From a virus (lineage: Duplodnaviria; Caudoviricetes), in IMG/VR virus record IMGVR_UViG_3300036987_000306, positions 1 through 43,728 of that record: DNA of 43,728 bases. The stretch is one strand, 5' to 3'. Numbering within the stretch: the first letter of the stretch is position 1; each line of letters begins with the position of its first letter. Below, piece after piece: positions 36,129-43,728 of the stretch. The notes beneath the pieces are model-generated. The model worked only from the letters and a program-made list of their open reading frames with translations. It made no database searches and was not told the origin of the DNA. Position numbers and translations under genes: made by a program.

Positions 36129-36623
36129 ATGAATAAATATTTAGATAAAGAAATTATAAGCAGGGTGCTCGAAGCCTTCGAACTTAAAAAAAAGAAGGAT
36201 CTCGCTGATTTATTTAATATAAAAGCGCAAGACTTAAGCAATAGAATTAGGAAAGGCACTTTAATAAAATTAATCGAAACGGAAGCGTATAAACGCAAAG
36301 TTAACTTTAATTGGATTCTTACCGGTGAAGGATCTCCCTTTCCTGCTTCAGATCCGCGCGATCCACCTGCGATAGACCAAAAGAATGAAAGCGCAGAACT
36401 CGCGCTCAAGGCTATCGTTGGTTTGATGGATGAAAACAGGGAACTGAAAGACAGGATCGGCAAGCTCGAAGAAAAATGCAGCAAATTTGAAAAAATTATC
36501 GAATCACTTCAAAAAGAAAATACCGAATTGCGCAGAGAGGTAAACAGGTTTAAAGCGACATATGAGAGCGGAAATCCAGACGGGGGCGACGGATCCCTCA
36601 CTACCGAATCGAAGGTAAGCTGA
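36129..36623 (+). CDS. CI-like repressor (HTH + coiled coil, no S24 peptidase)
   Basis: DLA..F.I..Q.LS...R.G and VN.NW.LTGEG motifs; C-terminal heptad region. Confidence 0.8.
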   Translation: MNKYLDKEIISRVLEAFELKKKKDLADLFNIKAQDLSNRIRKGTLIKLIETEAYKRKVNFNWILTGEGSPFPASDPRDPPAIDQKNESAELALKAIVGLMDENRELKDRIGKLEEKCSKFEKIIESLQKENTELRREVNRFKATYESGNPDGGDGSLTTESKVS

Positions 36624-36733
36624 TATTTGTTGATTGTTTCTCAAAACATATCCGCGATAAAGCTCCTTGGAATGAAATAAAACATACTAACGAGCCATGG
36701 CATCAAAGTGGCCATTTATAAGGGGAAAATAAC

Positions 36734-36889
36734 ATGTTCGGTGTTCTTATTATCAATGCACTGTTTTTTGTAATTATAGTTATTATACTTGTTGGATTAT
36801 GGCGCTGGATATTCCGTATCAATGATATTGTCGAGCGCTTAGATAAAATTATTGAGCTGTTAACTTCCAAAAATGGCGAATCAAAATAA
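36734..36889 (+). CDS. 51-aa single-TM membrane protein (below ORF-track cutoff)
   Basis: AGGGG RBS; MFGVLIINALFFVIIVIILVGLWRWIFRIN... Confidence 0.65.
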   Translation: MFGVLIINALFFVIIVIILVGLWRWIFRINDIVERLDKIIELLTSKNGESK

Positions 36890-36988
36890 TGAAGCGTATC
36901 CCAGGTAATGCTCCTCGGGGAGGGATAAAAGATATTAACGAGTGAGAGGTGAACTGATTAGCCGACGGATAAATATTTTCGGTTTGAT

Positions 36989-37684
36989 ATGAAAGAAGAA
37001 ACCATAAAGAGCGTTAATTGCTTTCACGAATTGGTTGGTTCTTTTTCTAAGTCCCATCCTATTTATAGGGGAGTAAGCGATTCGTCGTATGTGTTACTTT
37101 CTCGTTTTGGCCGGTGTATTCTTGAGAATAGAAAATTTCGTGAGAAATATAAAGATTTTTCCTATGTAGTAGATGCTGGAAAGGAAAAAGTAATCTTAGA
37201 GGATTTTATCAAACTAAGTGTTTCTCATTTGACCCAACAACCAGTAAATCATTGGGAATGGCTCGCAGTAGCTCAACATCATGGCCTTCCAACTAGATTG
37301 TTGGATTGGACGAAAAACCCCCTTATTGCTGCTTATTTTGCATGCTGTAATAATAACAAAAAGGATACGGCAATATATGTCGTTGAAAATGAATGTATTA
37401 TAAAAAAGGCGTCCCCTGACACCTCTCCATTTAACATCGAGTCAACATCGATATTTTATCCTCACCACACAACGTCAAGGATTACAGCACAAAATGGGCT
37501 TTTTACTGTTCACCCTATTCCTGAAGAACCCTTCATATGTGAAGGGTTACATAAATGGACAATTACTAAGGGCTGCAAAACAGAGATCAATGTTATGCTT
37601 AAACGTTACGGTGTAAACCCCGCATCAATGTTTCCTGGTCTTGATGGCATTGCGAAATCCTTAATATCTGACTATGGACTTTGA
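36989..37684 (+). CDS. FRG domain protein
   Basis: YRG, AQHHGLPTRLLDWT.NP..AAYFA, RI.AQ.G.F, FP.LDG. Confidence 0.92.
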   Translation: MKEETIKSVNCFHELVGSFSKSHPIYRGVSDSSYVLLSRFGRCILENRKFREKYKDFSYVVDAGKEKVILEDFIKLSVSHLTQQPVNHWEWLAVAQHHGLPTRLLDWTKNPLIAAYFACCNNNKKDTAIYVVENECIIKKASPDTSPFNIESTSIFYPHHTTSRITAQNGLFTVHPIPEEPFICEGLHKWTITKGCKTEINVMLKRYGVNPASMFPGLDGIAKSLISDYGL

Positions 37685-37733
37685 TGGTGTTGTAAAAACA
37701 TAACATAGAGATTAACTGAACGAGGAGGCTAAA

Positions 37734-37958
37734 ATGGATAATTACCACATCACAAAAGATGGTGATAAATGGAAGTTGACTAAAGAAGGAAACGAGCGCC
37801 CATCAAAAACCGCAGATACAAAGCAAGAAATTATAGAAAAAACGCGTGACTACATGAGCGATAAAATTGGCTCTGTAAAAATACACAAAAAGAATGGGCC
37901 CTTCCAAGAAGAGCGCACATACCATAGAAAAGATGACCCCAGAAAAAGCAGAGGATAA
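37734..37958 (+). CDS. DUF2188 family protein
   Basis: W....EG..R.S, V.IH..NG..QEERTY...DP..S.G. Confidence 0.8.
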   Translation: MDNYHITKDGDKWKLTKEGNERPSKTADTKQEIIEKTRDYMSDKIGSVKIHKKNGPFQEERTYHRKDDPRKSRG

Positions 37959-38049
37959 CGCGAAATTCACCGGGCGCCAACTGTGGCGGCACTCCGCCCA
38001 TGCCGCTGACCGGAGTCTTTATGGCTGGCTTAAGATAGGAGTCGTACAA

Positions 38050-39522
38050 GTGCTATCAGCAATTGAAGAAACAAGACTGAGGGTGTCGAAAAGTACCGAG
38101 ACGAAAAAAAAGTCGCGTTTAGGTCAATTTCTTACACCTGAGAAAACAGCGCAATTTATGGCCGGTCTTTTTAGTCCCGTAATCAATAGCAATTGTCGTT
38201 TGCTTGATGCTGGTGCTGGTATCGGCTCTCTTTCGAGCGCATTCCTTGAACGGTGCTTATCAGGTGATATTAATTTTGCAAGTATTGAATTAACGGCGTT
38301 TGAACTGGACGATAGCCTTCATGAAGAGCTGAGGCGCTCTCTTTCCAGATATACAAATCAAATTCCGCTTAATTGCAAAATTATCGGCGGTAATTTTATT
38401 GAAACCGCGGTCAACAGGATTCAATTTTTGCAGAACGATTTCACACACGCCATTCTTAATCCGCCATATAAGAAAATTAATAGCAATTCCAGTAACCGCC
38501 TTCTACTTAGACAGGTTGGGATTGAGACAGTAAATCTATATTCAGCCTTTGTTGCACTGGCCCTGTCGCTAATGGCACCGAGCGGGCAAATCGTGGCGAT
38601 AATCCCGCGCAGCTTCTGCAATGGACCATATTATCGTCCTTTCCGTGACTTCGTGCTCGAACGTGCAGCCATACGACACATGCATTTGTTCGGATCGCGC
38701 AACAAGGCTTTCAAGGATGATAAAGTGCTGCAAGAAAACATAATAATCCGGCTTGAGCGTGGGGGCCAACAAAGGCAGGTGACAGTTTCCACATCCACTG
38801 ACGACAGCTTTGCTGACCTTACCACCTATGAATATCCGTTCAACAGGATCGTTCTGCCTGATGACCCAGGGCGGTTTATTCATGTTCCAACGTCGCCAGG
38901 GAAAAACACCATCGAGCTATCCCAGGCCATTCGCTATTCATTGGCAGATCTTGGCATCCAGGTTTCAACAGGACCAGTAGTTGATTTTCGGCTGAAAGAA
39001 TATCTCAGCGACATGCCCGAGCCTGGCACAGTTCCCCTGCTCTATCCAAGCCATTTCAGAAGAAACGGTATCGAATGGCCGAAAGCTGGTATGAAAAAGC
39101 CAAACGCAATCTTGCGCAATGGCAACACCGAAAAGTGGCTTTATCCAAACGGTACCTATTGTGTGGTACGCCGATTTTCATCAAAGGAAGAAAAGCGTCG
39201 AATAGTGGCAAGCGTGGTTGATCCTGCGTCGTTTAGTGATGCCCCTATGATAGGCTTCGAAAACCATTTGAACGTGTTTCACAACAACAAGCATGGGTTG
39301 ACAAAGTCGCTGGCAAACGGTTTGGCAGTGTTCCTCAACACGACAGCTGTAGATGAAAACTTCCGACGCTTTAACGGGCACACCCAGGTCAATGCAACCG
39401 ACCTTAAGCAGATGAAGTACCCGAGCCGTAAAGCACTGATCAAGTTTGGAGAATGGGCCATGAGAAACGGCGCCCTAACTCAGACAAAGATTGATGAAAT
39501 GTTAGGAAAATTGACCGCATGA
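38050..39522 (+). CDS. N6-adenine DNA methyltransferase, gamma class (M.BsuBI/M.PstI-like)
   Basis: GQF.TP, LLDAGAG.G, NPPY; GTG start with AGGAG RBS. Confidence 0.9.
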   Translation: MLSAIEETRLRVSKSTETKKKSRLGQFLTPEKTAQFMAGLFSPVINSNCRLLDAGAGIGSLSSAFLERCLSGDINFASIELTAFELDDSLHEELRRSLSRYTNQIPLNCKIIGGNFIETAVNRIQFLQNDFTHAILNPPYKKINSNSSNRLLLRQVGIETVNLYSAFVALALSLMAPSGQIVAIIPRSFCNGPYYRPFRDFVLERAAIRHMHLFGSRNKAFKDDKVLQENIIIRLERGGQQRQVTVSTSTDDSFADLTTYEYPFNRIVLPDDPGRFIHVPTSPGKNTIELSQAIRYSLADLGIQVSTGPVVDFRLKEYLSDMPEPGTVPLLYPSHFRRNGIEWPKAGMKKPNAILRNGNTEKWLYPNGTYCVVRRFSSKEEKRRIVASVVDPASFSDAPMIGFENHLNVFHNNKHGLTKSLANGLAVFLNTTAVDENFRRFNGHTQVNATDLKQMKYPSRKALIKFGEWAMRNGALTQTKIDEMLGKLTA

Positions 39523-40472
39523 ATAACAAAAATAATTACATTGAAGCCGCTCTTCAGATAATCATTTCGCTAGGCCTTCCACGTGCACAACATAACGAGC
39601 GTTCCGCACTCTGCCTGCTGGCCTTATTAAATCTAACGCCGGACAAATTGTGGGCTGATGCTGAAAACCCGCTTATGGGAATCACGCCGATTATGGATTG
39701 GTCGCGAGATCATTACGAAAAGAGCTATGCGCCTAATACCCGCGAGACATTCCGTCGCCAGACCATACACCAGTTTGTCGAAGCTGGGATTGTTCTTTAC
39801 AACCCGGACAAGCCCGGCCGCCCAGTAAATAGTCCGAAGGCTGTATATCAAATCGAACCCGCTACGTTAAACCTTCTGCATAGCTTCGGCTCTCCCGCAT
39901 GGCATGATAACCTTACGGCCTATCTGGCTGAACGTGAAACGCTGGCCGCCTTCTATGCCAATGAGCGCGAACAAAACCGCATCCCAGTTCAAATTGCGTC
40001 GGGAAGGAAAATCACTCTCAGTCCCGGCGAACACAGCGAATTAATCCGGGCCATCATCGATGACTTCGCCCCACGCTTCGCACCGAGTAGCGTGTTGGTT
40101 TATGCCGGTGATACGGGTGACAAGTGGGGCTATTTCGATGCTGTCCAGTTGGCAAATCTTGGCGTGAAGGTGGATTCGCACGGTAAAATGCCCGATGTGG
40201 TGCTCTACTATACCGAGAAAAACTGGCTGTTGCTGGTTGAATCCGTCACTAGTCACGGGCCGGTCGATGGCAAGCGACATGCTGAACTGGGTCGACTGTT
40301 TGCCAAATCGACTGCAGGCCTGGTTTATGTAACTGCCTTTCCGAACCGGGCCATTATGGGTAAATACTTGGGGGAAATCGCATGGGAAACCGAAGTGTGG
40401 GTGGCTGATGCGCCTTCGCACCTTATCCACTTCAATGGTGTGCGTTTTCTTGGGCCATACAATGCGCCTTAA
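39519..40472 (+). CDS. Type II restriction endonuclease, BsuBI/PstI family
   Basis: YAPNTRETFRRQT.HQF, LSPG.H, HGKMPD, E.V.SHGP, IAWETEVW. Confidence 0.9.
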   Translation: MNNKNNYIEAALQIIISLGLPRAQHNERSALCLLALLNLTPDKLWADAENPLMGITPIMDWSRDHYEKSYAPNTRETFRRQTIHQFVEAGIVLYNPDKPGRPVNSPKAVYQIEPATLNLLHSFGSPAWHDNLTAYLAERETLAAFYANEREQNRIPVQIASGRKITLSPGEHSELIRAIIDDFAPRFAPSSVLVYAGDTGDKWGYFDAVQLANLGVKVDSHGKMPDVVLYYTEKNWLLLVESVTSHGPVDGKRHAELGRLFAKSTAGLVYVTAFPNRAIMGKYLGEIAWETEVWVADAPSHLIHFNGVRFLGPYNAP

Positions 40473-40522
40473 TTTTAAGTTCACCGGGAGCGCTATCGAT
40501 CTGGTGAAAAGCTGGATTCAGC
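40467..40522 (-). other. Degenerate attC-like site
   Basis: Minus strand GCTGAAT-CCAGC-TTTTCACCAGATCG-ATAG-CGCTCCCGGTGAAC-TTAAA-ATTAAGG, a bulged hairpin with R/L-box-like spacing. Confidence 0.45.
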
Positions 40523-41290
40523 AGGTTCTGCGTAAGTACAGATCCTTACAAACTCCAGCCCGAGAGCAGTAATAAAAAGGGTGTCGTATCCTCCATGATC
40601 TGACACCACGTCGGCATACACCGTATCTCCGTCATTCTGCGTGGTTTCTATGGTATCTCTATCAATATAAGAGCGACACAACCCCAATCGCTGTAAGTTG
40701 TCAACGGCCACCATGTAGCTTTCATAATCAATTTTCAAATACATAAAGAATTTGAATGTGAGCAACCTAACATTCGTGGGCATTAAAAGCCAATTTTCTG
40801 TTTGCCTTTTTGTCAGTCGTTTCTTCATTGCTTCTATTTCCACATTGTAGAGATCGAACAACTGTTTCAGAATGCTAACATCCATGGGTTCCAATTGGCT
40901 GATTATCTCAACAAAAGCGGTCCTCGGTACTTTTATAGCGGGGTCCAACGATGCCACTAGTAGCTTTGCCCACAAATCATGCAAAGACTCCTCGTCTTCA
41001 ATAGATGCATTATGGAATATTGGCAAAGCAAGTTTAGGAGAAACTGGTCTGAAATGACTGCTAAGACGTTTTTCTTCAATGATCTTTTCCGCTTTTTCAA
41101 TCAGCGAAATCTGTTTTTGCCATCTTTTGAATTTCAGGGTGTCTGCAAGCATTCCACAAGCTGAGTCAATGGGTTCTTTCATAACCATCGAAAAAAACTG
41201 ACCGACCCTATCAATTACACCGATGGCTTGGCCGGTGGTTTTAGCTATTTCCTGCACGGCCTTAGCGGACTCGGTAATTTCCTCACTCAC
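40493..41290 (-). CDS. Abi-alpha (DUF4393)-like protein
   Basis: P..A.P....AS.E....L..LWA.LL, F..I..QL.P.D..IL, NL.RLGL, IT.LG..F...C. Confidence 0.7.
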   Translation of the reverse strand: MSEEITESAKAVQEIAKTTGQAIGVIDRVGQFFSMVMKEPIDSACGMLADTLKFKRWQKQISLIEKAEKIIEEKRLSSHFRPVSPKLALPIFHNASIEDEESLHDLWAKLLVASLDPAIKVPRTAFVEIISQLEPMDVSILKQLFDLYNVEIEAMKKRLTKRQTENWLLMPTNVRLLTFKFFMYLKIDYESYMVAVDNLQRLGLCRSYIDRDTIETTQNDGDTVYADVVSDHGGYDTLFITALGLEFVRICTYAEPAESSFSPDR

Positions 41291-41406
41291 AGGGCTATCT
41301 CCTTATCATGACAGAACAATGATTAGATTTATCCGCATAAGACGCGGGGTTTAGGTTTTCGGCCCGTATCTATTGTTGGATATTATTATGTGTGGTTTTT
41401 AAATTA

Positions 41407-42303
41407 TTACGAATAGATATCAAGCTGCTCATCTCGTGGAATACGCTTCTTTATCATAACAACTGAATACTCTTTATTTATATATGCCTGGATTGTTTTG
41501 TCAAAAACCTGTTTAATCTCAATGTCTGCTATGAGTTTATCACCTTTTGAAAATTTGGCACCTCTATCTATTTGATCGAAAAATGACTCGTCATTGATTG
41601 TGGCACTAATTTTATTTCCTTGATAATAGAACTGCCACTTATAACCTTTTTCAAAGATAACCTTAAATATTGTCAAAACAGCTTCTTCTGGTTTTATTCT
41701 CATATCATTTTCAGGAATTGGTGCTGGGAGAGCCATATATTCAAAGCTTTCTCGTTCTACATGACAAAGCCTTTTATGATCCTGATCATAGATTTCAAAC
41801 CCCTTAATAGCATCATCTGCATTTAGTGTGTCAAAACTTTTACCTATAGCTGCATCGATTACTTGGTCATCTTTGAAAACGTTATATGTTCTTGCGTCGA
41901 TCTCAAGTTTATTCCCATCACCATTAATAATAATTGTTTGCTTTTTCTCATCAATGATTTGTGTTGGTTTTTCGCCTTTCAAAAATTGCCTAATCGCTAT
42001 TACGCCAGCAAGTATGCCGACAATTTCAGCAGCAGCCGTAGTCGGCGACGTTAAGACCTGTTTAAATATTGCATCAATTATAGTTTCTTTTATTGCTAAA
42101 AATATATCATAGCATCCCGGCTGAATATGTTTGATTGTAATTTTAAGGGATTTATCTGTCTGAATATCATCGTTTATTTGATGTATAGCGAGAGATAAAT
42201 TACCAAGGACGTCCACTAGAGTATCGGTGTCAACTCCGTCCATATCGCCTGACAGCTTTATTCCAAAATCAGTAAGCCGAGCTTCTTCAGCCATGCTATT
42301 CAC
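41407..42303 (-). CDS. AT-rich hypothetical moron protein, candidate defence
   Basis: 298 aa; KW.F..., A.I.D..F, F.KGD motifs; in the accessory island next to int. Confidence 0.55.
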   Translation of the reverse strand: MNSMAEEARLTDFGIKLSGDMDGVDTDTLVDVLGNLSLAIHQINDDIQTDKSLKITIKHIQPGCYDIFLAIKETIIDAIFKQVLTSPTTAAAEIVGILAGVIAIRQFLKGEKPTQIIDEKKQTIIINGDGNKLEIDARTYNVFKDDQVIDAAIGKSFDTLNADDAIKGFEIYDQDHKRLCHVERESFEYMALPAPIPENDMRIKPEEAVLTIFKVIFEKGYKWQFYYQGNKISATINDESFFDQIDRGAKFSKGDKLIADIEIKQVFDKTIQAYINKEYSVVMIKKRIPRDEQLDIYS

Positions 42304-42467
42304 CAGTAATTACACATAAGGGGAGCTGCGGATAAACGAAAAGCTTTCCGAATCTTTTCGTAAATCAATAAAACACGGAAAAACTATTGAATTTTCCACC
42401 TTTTATGATATCGTTTGCCGCGGAAATCAAGAGATATTTTTCACCGGATCCCAATTAAGGAACGAGC

Positions 42468-43520
42468 ATGTCGGTACACCAGTTAAAAGACGGGCGCTGG
42501 ATCGTTCAATACAGAGACCCAGACAGTAAAAATAAGTTCAAACGGGAATATTTCGGGCGGGGACCGGGATATGAAAAAGAAGCCAGGGAACGCGACGATG
42601 CGCTCTCTCTTCGCGGCTATGAAAAGCGCACTCCCGGTCCGGACAGGTCTCCTTTATTTGCAGATCTGGCCAAAGGATATCTTGCTGCCCGGATGGCAAC
42701 AATCGAAAACACAACTTACAAAATACTTGAGTACAAGCTCGAAGCTTTTCTTTTGCCCGAACTTGGTAATACCGAAACTCTTAAAATATCAAAGGAACGC
42801 ATAGATAAATATGTCGAAAAAAGGATGGCAGCGGGCAGAAAAAACAGCACGATACACCGGGAAATTACAGATATTCAGGCAATTATAAACTGGGCTGTTG
42901 AGCGCAAGATAATACACTACAATCCGCTGGCCGGCTACAAAAAACCCAGGCCGGAAACCGATATAGTGATCCCGCCCACATTAAGCGAAATGATTGAAAT
43001 TGACAGGCACGCCCCGGATCACCTCCGCCGGGCCCTCAAAATAATTTATTATACCGGTGCCAGGCCCGGCAAAGAAATAACATCACTTAAATGGTCGAAC
43101 GTGAACTGGGATCAGAACACCATCCGAATTGTTTCTGCCAAGAAACATGGCCTCAAATACCGCGATGTACCTATCTGTGAAGATTTCCGGAAGTTGCTTG
43201 AAGAATGGATGAAAGAGGATAGGGCAAAGGGCGATGGGATAAACGACATAAGCATAATCAATTACAAAAACAAGCCGATTATATCTCTGCAAACATCCTG
43301 GGGAAGAGCAAAGCGCATGGCAGGCATAACCAGGGCAATAAGACCCTACTCATACCGGCACGCATTTGTATCGAGCCTGCTCGATTCCGGCGCGGATCTC
43401 AAATCGGTTTCCGAGATTGTGGGTCATAGCAATCCTAATTTAACACTCCGGGTGTATCAGCATACCAACAAATTAATGCACCAAAACGCGATCCAACGCC
43501 TGCCCAAAATGCGCTGGTAA
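42468..43520 (+). CDS. int: Phage tyrosine integrase
   Basis: TGAR, K, YSYRH, GHS...T...Y catalytic motifs; N-terminal arm-binding domain; next to att. Confidence 0.95.
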   Translation: MSVHQLKDGRWIVQYRDPDSKNKFKREYFGRGPGYEKEARERDDALSLRGYEKRTPGPDRSPLFADLAKGYLAARMATIENTTYKILEYKLEAFLLPELGNTETLKISKERIDKYVEKRMAAGRKNSTIHREITDIQAIINWAVERKIIHYNPLAGYKKPRPETDIVIPPTLSEMIEIDRHAPDHLRRALKIIYYTGARPGKEITSLKWSNVNWDQNTIRIVSAKKHGLKYRDVPICEDFRKLLEEWMKEDRAKGDGINDISIINYKNKPIISLQTSWGRAKRMAGITRAIRPYSYRHAFVSSLLDSGADLKSVSEIVGHSNPNLTLRVYQHTNKLMHQNAIQRLPKMRW

Positions 43521-43549
43521 CACCCCTGGTAATACAATTTGTATTACCA
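43515..43549. promoter_or_regulatory. Putative integrase arm-type sites
   Basis: TGGTAACA, TGGTAATAC and inverted GTATTACCA; same motif as 208-223. Confidence 0.5.
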
Positions 43550-43601
43550 AATAACTGCTTTTTAACAAGCTGAATAAATAGATAAAAAATAGTAGATATA
43601 G

Positions 43602-43648
43602 CCTTCACACGGTAGAAGTCGCTGGTTCAAACCCAGCACCGCCTACCA
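43602..43648 (+). repeat. att core, right copy (displaced tRNA-Val 3' half)
   Basis: 45/47 identity to 109-155. Confidence 0.93.
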
Positions 43649-43728
43649 GCAAAATCAAGAGGTTAGCCATTTATGGTTAGAAGTCATTTCAAAACCTCGT
43701 ATCAGGTTTGAGAGAAAGGCGCAAGCCG

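Larger units (their letters stand above)
109..43648. mobile_element. Complete-looking temperate siphovirus-like prophage integrated in tRNA-Val
   Basis: Flanked by 47-bp direct repeats of the tRNA 3' half; integrase, repressor, replication, packaging, head, lysis and tail modules all present. Confidence 0.95.

Noticed and set aside
37894-38049. N-terminal 52 aa of the methyltransferase ORF
   Set aside because: Overlaps DUF2188 and the attC-like site; GTG at 38050 has a good RBS.
42468-43520. Integrase as integron IntI
   Set aside because: It has an N-terminal arm-binding domain, no evident IntI-specific insertion, and is explained by the tRNA att sites.
43602-43648. Second tRNA gene
   Set aside because: Only the 3' half is present; no D-arm or 5' acceptor strand, so it is the att duplication.

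Overview
The window is almost exactly one apparently complete ~43.5 kb temperate siphovirus-like prophage integrated in a tRNA-Val(CAC) gene. The intact tRNA lies at 81-155 and a 47-bp copy of its 3' half at 43602-43648, next to a tyrosine integrase. The minus strand runs from Cro/CII-like regulators through small early genes, a displaced gpZ-like neck gene with a lambda-cosQ-like site, a split D5 helicase + DnaG-like primase replication module, lambda-type terminase/portal/S49 protease, a Mu-gpT-like capsid and a lysis cassette to a non-contractile tail. The right end holds a CI-like repressor and an accessory/defence island: FRG, DUF2188, a BsuBI/PstI-family R-M pair, an Abi-alpha-like protein and an unknown protein. 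Five oddities stand out. (1) The late operon ends with a shuffled-repeat 859-aa fibre-like protein and a second, Trp-tagged paralog of the tail terminator. (2) attC-like sites punctuate the defence island although there is no integron integrase. (3) An AT-rich SLOG/PRTase/HNH/second-TerS insert sits between TerS and TerL. (4) A stand-alone duplicate of the helicase winged-helix domain lies beside putative origin iterons. (5) 7-bp tandem repeats are dispersed through the head/replication backbone but were not seen in the tail module. All family calls come from motif recognition by eye, not database searches.
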